NCBI GenBank assembly: GCA_043744555.1
Contig: JAYTUL010000001.1
Location: 1 to 40,243 of the forward strand
DNA from: a bacterium
GTDB taxonomy: Bacteria > Patescibacteriota > Minisyncoccia > Phycocordibacterales > UBA6899
DNA: 40,243 nucleotides
Direction: 5' to 3'
The translations under genes and the position numbers were made by a program. The notes below the pieces were generated by a model. It saw nothing but the letters and a program-made list of their open reading frames with translations. It did no database searches and was not told the DNA's origin. Below are positions 1 to 8,082 of the stretch, in pieces. Position 1 is the stretch's first letter, and each line of letters begins with the position of its first letter.

Positions 1-92
1 CAAAGAATTGTGCATGCTATTCTCCTTGCTTCTTCTGCAGAGTACAGAAAGGGGTTGCCTGAAATGCTGTTTTAAGACCTATTTGGTACTAT

Positions 93-1907
93 ATGCCGAT
101 TTGCCTGATTTTCCATATAATAGGAGTGTGCAAATTATCTCTACTATATCCTTGGCGTCACAGCCTTTCGCTGCTTCTGGTGGCCTTTTGCATTGTTTTA
201 ACCCCATATCTGTACCTTTATCGAGCGCTTGGTCAAACCCCTGTAATGCCTACCGGAGCTTTTAATGTTGCCGATTATTATTACGAAAGAATGGAAGAGG
301 TGGACGATGGACACACATTCCTCGGTAATCCATATTTCATTGAACACAAAGATGATATGCCGCCGGCATTCTTCTTGGCTGATTGGTTTGCGGCGATTTC
401 GCTTGTTTTAGGCATGTCGCTTATGAACACTGCACTCTTAGATTTTTTCATATGGTCGTATATATTTCTGCTTTTGGTATATTCACTATTCCGCGTGCTC
501 GACCTGCCCGGCAGGTGGAGCTTTGCCGGGTCGGTCATCGCTTTTTTGTCGGTGTATATGCACATGATACGTCCCGTATCGATGCAGGTGATATATCCTT
601 TTTTTCTACTATTTTTGATCGCTTTTGTTTTGTGGCTTAAAGAACCCACCAGTCGAAGAAGAATTTATTTCGCCGCCCTGTCTGCCGCAATGACAGCATA
701 CATCTATACCTACGCATGGCAGATAGTTATTGTAGTGCTCATCCTCACCCCGCTAGCATTTTGGCTCACAAATAGGCGAGAATACTTGAGGTCGTTTTTG
801 CGAATGTTCGGTATCTTTGTTTTGGCATCCCTGCCACTTATGCTCTTCACTTGGATTCAGGTCCATACACCCTTTTACTTTGAAACTATAGAGCGCATCG
901 GACTGGTCAATACTCATCTACCCGCGAGTGCAGTCGTGTCTTCGTGCATATGGATACCGGCTATGTTTCTACTTTGGTACATCCTTTCACGGGTAAACAC
1001 CGCGGTGACGTTAAAAGAGCAACAAGGAGCAGTCTTTCTTTTCTTTGTGCTGACTGGTACGGCAATGGTAGCAGTAACGTTGTCGAACATTATTACCGGT
1101 AAAGATCTCGAACTCCCGCAGCATATTGAGCGCTTCACTATTCTCTGGCTTTCATTCGCATCAGTTTATTCTCTGTATTTTTTTGCGAATAAGGCAACAT
1201 CCCACAAGCTCACTCATGGGTATTTTTTTGCCGGCATTCTCCTAGTGGGCTTAATTTTTTATGGAAATGTACGATATCTCATCACCTACGGTCCAGTCGA
1301 CGCATTCGCCCCAGTAGACAAAGTAAGTGAGATAAACATTCAAGAGCTTGCAAAACCCCTTGCGTGGCTTAATGAGAATGTTAAGGATCAGTCAGTGATC
1401 TGGGCAGATCCCAATGGACAGATTAATCGATACATCACAATGATGACAAAGCATTATGTGCTTTTTTATGCAGGCGGTCCGCTTCATATTCTTTCTAATA
1501 AAGAGTCTGAAGAGCGTTATTTGACGGCACATTATTTCTCGTTATCTGAAATAGATCTTGAAAACGATTACTGGGCATATGGGGGGGTGGGGAATGCCGT
1601 GCACCAGTGGAAAACCCACAACCGTGAGGTGAAAGTGTGCAGGATGCTTCACCTCGATCGCCTCGGCCATGAATGTGGCGAATTAACCGACCGTGTTTCG
1701 TGGAAGGGCAAGTTTTATTTTGAGGAACTATATGCGAAGTATCAAAATGATGTGCAACCGAATATTATTGAGAAACTCCGAAAGTATCATGTAGTATATA
1801 TTATTCGCGATAATGAAACGGATTCTCCAACTTTTCAACCCGAACTGATCCCCGGCACAAGCCTCGTCTACTCAGATGGAAGGTTTTTCATCTATTCGCT
1901 CAAATAA
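93..1907 (+). CDS. Large polytopic membrane protein with GT-C-like architecture (putative extracytoplasmic glycosyltransferase/polymerase); paralog of 11247..13022
   Basis: 604-aa ORF. First in-frame ATG lies after a TGA at 60-62. Many hydrophobic segments over the first ~400 aa, then a ~200-aa soluble C-terminal domain. The first-loop motif ADYYYERMEEVDDGHTFLGNPYFIEHK aligns with DNEDYYLSRIHEIADGHLLVGSPYLFEYK of the minus-strand 591-aa ORF. Function is inferred from architecture only. Confidence 0.6.
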   Translation: MPICLIFHIIGVCKLSLLYPWRHSLSLLLVAFCIVLTPYLYLYRALGQTPVMPTGAFNVADYYYERMEEVDDGHTFLGNPYFIEHKDDMPPAFFLADWFAAISLVLGMSLMNTALLDFFIWSYIFLLLVYSLFRVLDLPGRWSFAGSVIAFLSVYMHMIRPVSMQVIYPFFLLFLIAFVLWLKEPTSRRRIYFAALSAAMTAYIYTYAWQIVIVVLILTPLAFWLTNRREYLRSFLRMFGIFVLASLPLMLFTWIQVHTPFYFETIERIGLVNTHLPASAVVSSCIWIPAMFLLWYILSRVNTAVTLKEQQGAVFLFFVLTGTAMVAVTLSNIITGKDLELPQHIERFTILWLSFASVYSLYFFANKATSHKLTHGYFFAGILLVGLIFYGNVRYLITYGPVDAFAPVDKVSEINIQELAKPLAWLNENVKDQSVIWADPNGQINRYITMMTKHYVLFYAGGPLHILSNKESEERYLTAHYFSLSEIDLENDYWAYGGVGNAVHQWKTHNREVKVCRMLHLDRLGHECGELTDRVSWKGKFYFEELYAKYQNDVQPNIIEKLRKYHVVYIIRDNETDSPTFQPELIPGTSLVYSDGRFFIYSLK

Positions 1908-2039
1908 GATAAATAAAGCTTCTTGCCAATAACCCGTTAAATTTATAGTGTGGACATACACTTACGGGACAACAGCCCTTACTTTTTATGAAAGAAACAA
2001 TTAAAAAAATTGGCATAAGCTCTCATCCGGCCGTACGCA

Positions 2040-2686
2040 TTGGCAAAAATACTACGACTTGGAATAAAATCACCACTGTTTCGGTTGCTGAGTTTCAGAA
2101 AAGAACCCCATATGATTAAGCTTATCCGCACGATCAAGCGTGAATCAGGATTTATGATGTGGCCCGATGAAATGGCGATGCTCTACTCCGCAGCTAATTC
2201 TATGAGCAAAAAAGAAGGGGATTTCGCAGAGGCAGGAGTTTCGTCTGCAGGATCAGCGAAGCTCTTATTTGAGCTCAAGGGAGATAAGGCGATACATCTT
2301 TTCGATACGTTTGAGGGACTCCCCGACCCTACAGGAAATGACGCACACTTGGCAAAAGGTCAATATAAGTGCGCACTCCCCGCAGTGAAGCAATATTTAA
2401 GCTCGTACAATAATGTGTATTTCTATCAGGGAATATTTCCCGGAACATCAAAACCGGTTGAAGAAAAAACTTTTTCTTTTGCGCACCTCGATGTTGATCT
2501 TTATCGGAGTACCTTAGATGGTATAAAATTCTTTTAGCCGCGTCTCACAGAGGGGGTATGCTCATATCTCATGATTATTCAATAGTTCATGGTGTAAGAA
2601 AGGCGTTCGATGAATATTTTGCTGATAAACAAGAAGCAGTTATCGAGTTGCCCACAAGCCAGTGTCTCGTTATAAAAAGCAGCTGA
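2040..2686 (+). pseudogene. TylF/MycF-like SAM-dependent O-methyltransferase, disrupted by an in-frame TAG and a 1-nt deletion
   Basis: Frame-0 ORF reads ...FAHLDVDLYRSTLDGIKFF then TAG (2535-2537) then PRLTEG. After the G5 run at 2552-2556 the homologous sequence continues in another frame (ATG at 2558): MLISHDYSIVHGVRKAFDEYFADKQEAVIELPTSQCLVIKSS, with a stop at 2684-2686. The family consensus (...LDVDLY.ST...L.F.YPRL..GG.I..DDY....GV..A..E...) is colinear only if TAG was a Tyr codon and one G is restored. 2040 is a TTG; an ATG occurs at 2112. Another ATG at 1988 in a different frame may mark a third lesion. Confidence 0.7.
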
Positions 2687-2700
2687 CTTTGCAACAAAAA

Positions 2701-2727
2701 TCCGCAGCTACATTTCGTAGCTGCGGA
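2701..2727 (-). terminator. Intrinsic terminator hairpin for the minus-strand Nudix-like/SemiSWEET operon
   Basis: Perfect 11-bp inverted repeat tccgcagctac / gtagctgcgga with the 5-nt loop atttc. On the minus strand it is followed by tttttgttgc (complement of 2691-2700). It sits 5 nt after the SemiSWEET stop. Confidence 0.65.
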
Positions 2728-2731
2728 GGTC

Positions 2732-3004
2732 TTAGTGAAAGAAGACGATGTATTCGACTACGATCGTAGCTGAGAATACAGTGCCAAAGGAATTTGCAAT
2801 CAGCACGAACCAGTCTTTCTTTTTGTATCCATACAGGACCCAACCGATCGATTGGGCAGAGAGGAGTACGTACATCGGCAGTGAAATCTCTCGCACGCTC
2901 TGTGACTTCCAAATGCTCCATATCTGGTCGGGGAGCCCGATGAACATGTAGAGCAAGCAGAGTGTAAGTGTCACGACCCCCAAACGATTCGCCCTGAAGT
3001 ACAT
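2732..3004 (-). CDS. SemiSWEET / PQ-loop family small sugar transporter (3 TM)
   Basis: 90 aa from the ATG at 3004; the track start at 3043 is a TTG. Three hydrophobic helices. GLPDQIWSIWKSQSVREISLPMYVLL...GWVLYGY...DWFVLIANSFGT matches the bacterial SemiSWEET pattern LPQ..K..K.KS...IS..M......G..LW..YG....DWPI..AN. Confidence 0.7.
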   Translation of the reverse strand: MYFRANRLGVVTLTLCLLYMFIGLPDQIWSIWKSQSVREISLPMYVLLSAQSIGWVLYGYKKKDWFVLIANSFGTVFSATIVVEYIVFFH

Positions 3005-3039
3005 AAGCGCGTTTTTGGTCGTGTTCTGGGACACATCGT

Positions 3040-3567
3040 TCAATTTTCTACTCCACCCGCGAAATGCGCGACCAACCAGTCGATCATCTTCACATGTTCG
3101 GGGACAAGCGGCGTGGGGATGGTGTCGAGTGGGAAGAATTTTCCACCCTCGGCTACTCTTCCTTGTTCCTCAGTCAGCTCGATGAGATAGAGAAACTGGT
3201 TGGTGTGTCCACGCAGTCCTTCAATGTTATCCCAATGCATCACAAACGTTTTCGGGATGTCGATGGACTTGGCGCAGGCTTCGCCGATCTCACGCATGAG
3301 CCCAATTGCAACCATTTCTCGAAAGGTTTTTCCTGGCAGACAGATCACCCCGGGCATGTGCCACATGTTCGCGTAGAAGGGGTCATTTGCGGGACGCTGA
3401 TTGAGGAAGATTTCCTTTCTTCCACCCACGGTGCGTACGATCGCAAGCTCCGTCGAGTTCACATAGAAGTTGTGAATCCAGGCGAAGAAGGCTTGTGCGG
3501 GGAGCGGAAACTCGGATTTCTCCATGAGCTCTGCCAAGAGTACCGACTCTGTGACGGTAAGTGACAT
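3040..3567 (-). CDS. Nudix-fold protein with a partly degenerate Nudix box
   Basis: 175-aa ORF with an ATG at 3567, preceded by AAGGAG 7 nt upstream. MWHMPGVICLPGKTFREMVAIGLMREIGEA resembles GX5EX7REUXEEXGU but has a one-residue shorter first spacer and E-to-A at the second Glu of the EE pair. Confidence 0.55.
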   Translation of the reverse strand: MSLTVTESVLLAELMEKSEFPLPAQAFFAWIHNFYVNSTELAIVRTVGGRKEIFLNQRPANDPFYANMWHMPGVICLPGKTFREMVAIGLMREIGEACAKSIDIPKTFVMHWDNIEGLRGHTNQFLYLIELTEEQGRVAEGGKFFPLDTIPTPLVPEHVKMIDWLVAHFAGGVEN

Positions 3568-3609
3568 TTTGCATCTCCTTGAGTTTTAAATAACTGCTGA
3601 ACCTTTATT

Positions 3610-3638
3610 ATAGTAACAATTTTTTATAAACTTGTCAA
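3610..3638 (-). promoter_or_regulatory. Sigma70-like promoter for the Nudix-like/SemiSWEET operon
   Basis: The minus strand reads TTGACA (3638-3633), a 17-nt spacer ending in TGT, then TACTAT (3615-3610), so it has an extended -10. It lies ~40 nt upstream of the AAGGAG/ATG of the 3567 gene. Confidence 0.45.
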
Positions 3639-3656
3639 TATCTATCTGTATTACCC

Positions 3657-4613
3657 ATGCGATATTATGTATTGAACATGAGGGCTTTTATCACTGGAAT
3701 AACGGGTTTTGTTGGTGCGGGTTTAGCTCGGCATCTGCTCCAGAACGGTTACGAAGTGCACGGCATTGTTCGGGGCACCTCAAACCTTTGGCGACTTGAA
3801 GATATAAAGTCCGACCTTCATCTTCACGAAGGGGACTTGCTCAACAAAGAGTCCGTCGAAAATATTCTTAAGGAAGTGAAACCAGAGGTTGTTTTTCACT
3901 TGGCTGTTTATGGAGCATATCCGACACAAAATGATGCCGAGCTGATTTTGAGCACATCCATACTCTCGACGCTCCACTTAATGCAGGTCGCAAAAGAAGT
4001 TGGAGTTAAAATGTTTGTGAACACTGGAAGTTCCTCCGAGTACGGTACTAAGGATCATCCTATGCGCGAGGATGAGCGTATTGATCCGAATAGCTATTAT
4101 GCTGTAGGTAAGGCGGCGGCGACGCACCTGTGTCAGCATTTTGCAAAGGCAGAAGGGCTTCCGGTGGTAACGATGCGACTTTTCTCCGTGTATGGCCCCT
4201 ATGAAGAGCCTGGCAGGCTCGCCCCGACCCTCATACAAAATGCCCTTTCGGGGAATGACATACAACTCACCGATGCGAAAGTGGCACGTGATTTCATTTA
4301 TTTGTATGATGTTGCAGAAGTGCTCCGGCTGGCGGGAGAGAAACCTGAACTTTCCGGGGAGGTGCTCAATCTTGGTAGTGGGGTGCAAAGCACACTCGGT
4401 GAGTTTGCTGACAAGGTTATCGCACAGACGAAGAGCTCGTCACAGAAGATCCTCGGTAATTATGAAAAGCGGAGTTTTGATACGTACACATGGGTCGCAG
4501 ATATGAGTAAAACAAAGTCACTTTTGGGCTTTACTCCACGTTATAGCTTGGATACGGGTCTCGCAGAAAACATCGAATGGTTTAAACAGCATGCCGATCA
4601 CTACAAAAAATAA
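3657..4613 (+). CDS. NAD-dependent epimerase/dehydratase family protein (extended SDR, NDP-sugar reductase/epimerase type); paralog of 36459..37388
   Basis: ITGITGFVGAGL Rossmann motif, NTGSSSEYG, YAVGKAAATH (YxxxK). The alternative ATG at 3678 (MRAFITG...) is equally plausible. Confidence 0.85.
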   Translation: MRYYVLNMRAFITGITGFVGAGLARHLLQNGYEVHGIVRGTSNLWRLEDIKSDLHLHEGDLLNKESVENILKEVKPEVVFHLAVYGAYPTQNDAELILSTSILSTLHLMQVAKEVGVKMFVNTGSSSEYGTKDHPMREDERIDPNSYYAVGKAAATHLCQHFAKAEGLPVVTMRLFSVYGPYEEPGRLAPTLIQNALSGNDIQLTDAKVARDFIYLYDVAEVLRLAGEKPELSGEVLNLGSGVQSTLGEFADKVIAQTKSSSQKILGNYEKRSFDTYTWVADMSKTKSLLGFTPRYSLDTGLAENIEWFKQHADHYKK

Positions 4614-5418
4614 AAAACACTCCATGATACAAACCGGCGAAGAGGTTCGCCGGCTTGTCGTTGAGATGTCTCACAGAAGTAAGTCGGGCGAAACCGGCTC
4701 CTCGCTTTCCATAAGTGATATTTTGGCGGTGCTTTATTTTAAAGTCCTTAAAATCGACCCCAAGAAACCAAATGACTCGAAGCGCGACAGGTTTGTGCTT
4801 TCTAAGGGGCACGGCGCTGCAGCGCTTTATGCCACTCTCGCCTTGCGTGGATATTTTCCTGTTAAAAAACTTTTAGGTCATCGTGTAAATAATGGCGTAT
4901 TTCACGGACATCCCTCACGCGGCTCTGCGCCAGGGGTTGAAGTTTCGACCGGATCTTTGGGTCACGGACTCTCGATAGCAGCCGGTATAGCAGTTGCGCT
5001 TCGCGAAACCAAAAGTAAAGTCTATGTACTCATAGGAGACGGAGAGTGTAATGAAGGCTCGATTTGGGAAGCAGCGCTTTTTGTTGGCAACGCTAATATA
5101 TCTAACATCATTGCGATAATAGATGATAACAAGTTTCAGGGATTCAGTGCGACAAAAGAAACAAATCGATTTAGTCTGGGTGCGCAATGGAAAGCATTTG
5201 GATGGATAGTGCTATACGCAGACGGACATGACCCCAAAGATATTGAAAAAAAGCTGATCGAAGCACGAAATATGAATAAGCCGACTGTGGTAATTGCCGA
5301 TACTATCTCAGGAAAGAGCATCGCACATATTGAAGACACACTCGGCGCACACTACTATGTCCCCACACAGGTTGATGTCGACCATGCCAATAAGAAGACC
5401 AATAAAAAGAAAAAATGA
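4591..5418 (+). CDS. Transketolase, N-terminal (ThDP-binding) subunit
   Basis: LSKGHGAAALYA, STGSLGHGLSIAAG and the ThDP motif GDGECNEGSIWEAA. The first family motif reads KSGETGSSLS, not the usual SGH.G. Alternative start at ATG 4624. TGA/ATG overlap with the next gene. Confidence 0.9.
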   Translation: MPITTKNKKHSMIQTGEEVRRLVVEMSHRSKSGETGSSLSISDILAVLYFKVLKIDPKKPNDSKRDRFVLSKGHGAAALYATLALRGYFPVKKLLGHRVNNGVFHGHPSRGSAPGVEVSTGSLGHGLSIAAGIAVALRETKSKVYVLIGDGECNEGSIWEAALFVGNANISNIIAIIDDNKFQGFSATKETNRFSLGAQWKAFGWIVLYADGHDPKDIEKKLIEARNMNKPTVVIADTISGKSIAHIEDTLGAHYYVPTQVDVDHANKKTNKKKK

Positions 5419-6353
5419 GACGTGATTTTGTAAAACAAATTCTGATCGAAATGGAAAACAATAAGGATATTGTTTTCCTAACCGCAGATCTCGGCTTTAA
5501 TGCATTGGAAGAGATAAAGAAACGCTTACCCGAGCGGTTCATCAATGTGGGTATCGCAGAACAGCACATGATCGGAATGGCAGCGGGACTCGCGCTTGAG
5601 GGTAAAAAGGTAATCGCGTATTCTATCGCATCCTTCGCGTCGATGCGCCCATATGAACAGATCCGCACGGATGTCTGTTACCATAATCTTGATGTAATCA
5701 TAATCGGCACTGGTGGGGGTGTGAATTACCCCACACACGGTGTGACCCATCATACACTTGAGGATGTGGCAATCATGAACGTCCTTCCTAATATGAAAGT
5801 GCTATCACCTGCCTATTCTTGGGAAGCGGTTGAGGCCACAAAGGCATTGATAAAAGAAGGAGGTCCCGCATATATGCGCCTCGGCAAAAGCCCTGGAATT
5901 GATTATTCTCAACCACACTTTAAGTTCGCCCTTGGGCGTGGATTTGTGGTGCGTAAAGGAGGACAAATACTCCTGATCGCGACCGGAAATATTCTCGATA
6001 TTGTCGATAGGGCGAGAGCGATAATAGAAAAAGATCTTGGTATGAGTGTCACTGTCCTCAGTATTCCCTCGATCAAGCCGCTCGACGAGAAACTCATCAT
6101 CAAACACGCAAAAATTGCTGAGGGTATTTTCACCATAGAAGAACACAGCGTGATTGGCGGACTCGGTTCACTTGTAGCCTCACTTTTGTGGAAGAATGGT
6201 GTTCCGAAGAAAAAATTTCACTCACTCGGCTTTCCTGATGTATACCAGAAAGCTGTCGGTGATCGCGAGCACCTGCTTGAACTCGTAGGCATTGAAGCAA
6301 ATGCAATGGCAAATAACATAGCCAAGATAATGAGGGTGGTAATTAGTAAATAA
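5415..6353 (+). CDS. Transketolase, C-terminal (pyrimidine-binding/C-terminal domain) subunit
   Basis: FINVGIAEQHMIGMAAGLA and GVTHHTLEDVAIMNVLPNMKVLSPA. ATGA overlap with the N-terminal subunit gene. Confidence 0.9.
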   Translation: MRRDFVKQILIEMENNKDIVFLTADLGFNALEEIKKRLPERFINVGIAEQHMIGMAAGLALEGKKVIAYSIASFASMRPYEQIRTDVCYHNLDVIIIGTGGGVNYPTHGVTHHTLEDVAIMNVLPNMKVLSPAYSWEAVEATKALIKEGGPAYMRLGKSPGIDYSQPHFKFALGRGFVVRKGGQILLIATGNILDIVDRARAIIEKDLGMSVTVLSIPSIKPLDEKLIIKHAKIAEGIFTIEEHSVIGGLGSLVASLLWKNGVPKKKFHSLGFPDVYQKAVGDREHLLELVGIEANAMANNIAKIMRVVISK

Positions 6354-6371
6354 TTGCTATAATCTACTAAC

Positions 6372-7106
6372 ATGAAAGCAGTCATTCTTGCTGGAGGGAA
6401 CGGTACAAGGCTTCAGCCACTTACCCTTGCCACCAATAAGCACCTCCTCTCTCTTTACGATCGCCCAGTCATCTATCACGCCATCGAAAAGATGGTGGAG
6501 GCGGGGATATATAAGATCATCATTGTTACCTCGGCCCAGCATATTGAAGATTTCGTAAAACTCCTCGGCTCTGGGCACAACTTCAAGCGCCCCGATGGAA
6601 AACAGATCCAAATAGTCTACGGTATACAAAACGATCCAAATGGAGTTGCTTTTGGTCTGTATATTGCTAAGGATTATGTAGGACAAGATGACTGTATTCT
6701 CTACCTCGGCGATAATATTATTGAAGACGATATTTCAGATCATGTTAAGAGTTTTAACGGTGGAGCACGTATATTTCTTAAAGAAGTGAAAGACCCCGAA
6801 CGCTTCGGTGTCGCCGTGCTTGATGAAAGTAGAAAAGTTATTGCAATAGAAGAAAAGCCAAAAAACCCAAAATCAAATCTTGCCGTAGTGGGCCTGTACA
6901 TCTTCGACAATAGCGTTTTTGAGAAGATGCTCGATCAGTCTCCTTCCGAACGAGGGGAGTACGAGATAACCTACCTTAATAATAAATATATTGATGAAGG
7001 AAAGCTCGAATCCGTCATACTTCAAAAGGAGTGGTTCGATATCGGTACAATAGACAGCCTCCATAACGCCTCAGTGTATATGCGCAATAAAAATGACAAA
7101 CGATAA
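6372..7106 (+). CDS. Sugar-1-phosphate nucleotidyltransferase (short-form glucose-1-phosphate thymidylyl/uridylyltransferase-like)
   Basis: MKAVILAGGNGTRLQPLT..NKHLL start, ERFGVAVLDE, IEEKPKNPKSNLAVVGLYIF, WFDIGT. Confidence 0.85.
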   Translation: MKAVILAGGNGTRLQPLTLATNKHLLSLYDRPVIYHAIEKMVEAGIYKIIIVTSAQHIEDFVKLLGSGHNFKRPDGKQIQIVYGIQNDPNGVAFGLYIAKDYVGQDDCILYLGDNIIEDDISDHVKSFNGGARIFLKEVKDPERFGVAVLDESRKVIAIEEKPKNPKSNLAVVGLYIFDNSVFEKMLDQSPSERGEYEITYLNNKYIDEGKLESVILQKEWFDIGTIDSLHNASVYMRNKNDKR

Positions 7107-8082
7107 CTTTAAAGAAGAACCCAAATATGACAAGGTAATTCTCGTGACCGGCGGCGCGGGGTTTATAGGCAGCAATTTTTTGAATACGATGGTTCCACGC
7201 TATCCGAATTATTTCTTTGTGAATGTTGACAGTCTCACATACGCCGCTAATCTTGAAAACGTTACCGTCTCTCTTCTCCCCAACTATTGTTTCGTGCAGG
7301 CTGATATTCGAGACACCGATGCTCTTCAAAAAGTATTTGCCCTCCACGCCCCGACCGATATCATTCATTTTGCAGCAGAGAGCCATGTCGATAATTCGAT
7401 CGCCGGTCCAAGGATTTTCGTAGAGACAAATATTATCGGCACACACAATCTACTCGACTTGGCCCGCAGGCACAATATCAAGCGATTTCACCACATCTCA
7501 ACCGATGAGGTGTATGGCTCACTCGTGACGAGCGATACTCCTGTCGATGAAACTGCCCCTTTACAGCCCAACAGCCCTTACAGTGCATCCAAAACTGCTT
7601 CGGACCTCCTTGTTCGCTCGTACAACAAAACATATGGCCTTGATACGGTTATCACCCGCGCTACCAACAACTATGGTCCCAACCAACATCTCGAAAAGCT
7701 GATCCCTCTTTTTATCACCAATCTTCTTGAGGGAAAGAAAGTCCCGCTGTATGGAAGTGGGCGGAATGTGCGTGATTGGATATATGTCGGAGATCATGTC
7801 GAGGGTATCGATGTTGTATTCCACAATGGTGAATCGGGAAATGTTTATAATATCGGCGGAGGAGTAGAGCTTGAAAATATTGAGATCGTGACAAGACTAC
7901 TCGAACTCGTCGGCGTCGGCAACGAAATGATCGAATACGTAGCAGATCGGCCCGCACATGATTTCCGCTATGCGCTCAATTCAGGAAAAATCACAAATGA
8001 ACTCGGATGGAAACCCAAGATGAGTCTCGAAAAGGGTCTCGCACAAACATTCATGTTTTATAAAACAAAAAATGATGCTTAG
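7093..8082 (+). CDS. rfbB: dTDP-glucose 4,6-dehydratase
   Basis: VTGGAGFIGSNF, HFAAESHVDNS, ISTDEVYG, YSASKTASDLLVRSY, TNNYGPNQHLEKLIPLF, GRNVRDWIYVGDH. 14-nt overlap with the upstream gene. Confidence 0.9.
   Translation: MTNDNFKEEPKYDKVILVTGGAGFIGSNFLNTMVPRYPNYFFVNVDSLTYAANLENVTVSLLPNYCFVQADIRDTDALQKVFALHAPTDIIHFAAESHVDNSIAGPRIFVETNIIGTHNLLDLARRHNIKRFHHISTDEVYGSLVTSDTPVDETAPLQPNSPYSASKTASDLLVRSYNKTYGLDTVITRATNNYGPNQHLEKLIPLFITNLLEGKKVPLYGSGRNVRDWIYVGDHVEGIDVVFHNGESGNVYNIGGGVELENIEIVTRLLELVGVGNEMIEYVADRPAHDFRYALNSGKITNELGWKPKMSLEKGLAQTFMFYKTKNDA

Noticed and set aside
1566-1586. DYWAYGG in the C-terminal domain of the first membrane protein as a WWDYG-type oligosaccharyltransferase motif
   Set aside because: The motif is inexact, and the aligned region of the paralog (11247-13022) has nothing similar. 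The call stays at a generic GT-C-like architecture.
2535-2537. The in-frame TAG in the TylF-like gene as evidence of stop-codon reassignment or programmed read-through
   Set aside because: TAG terminates several well-delimited genes here (8080-8082, 21320-22, 27489-91). TGA and TAA are also used as stops. A frameshift lies 20 nt downstream in the same gene, so a pseudogene is the simpler reading.
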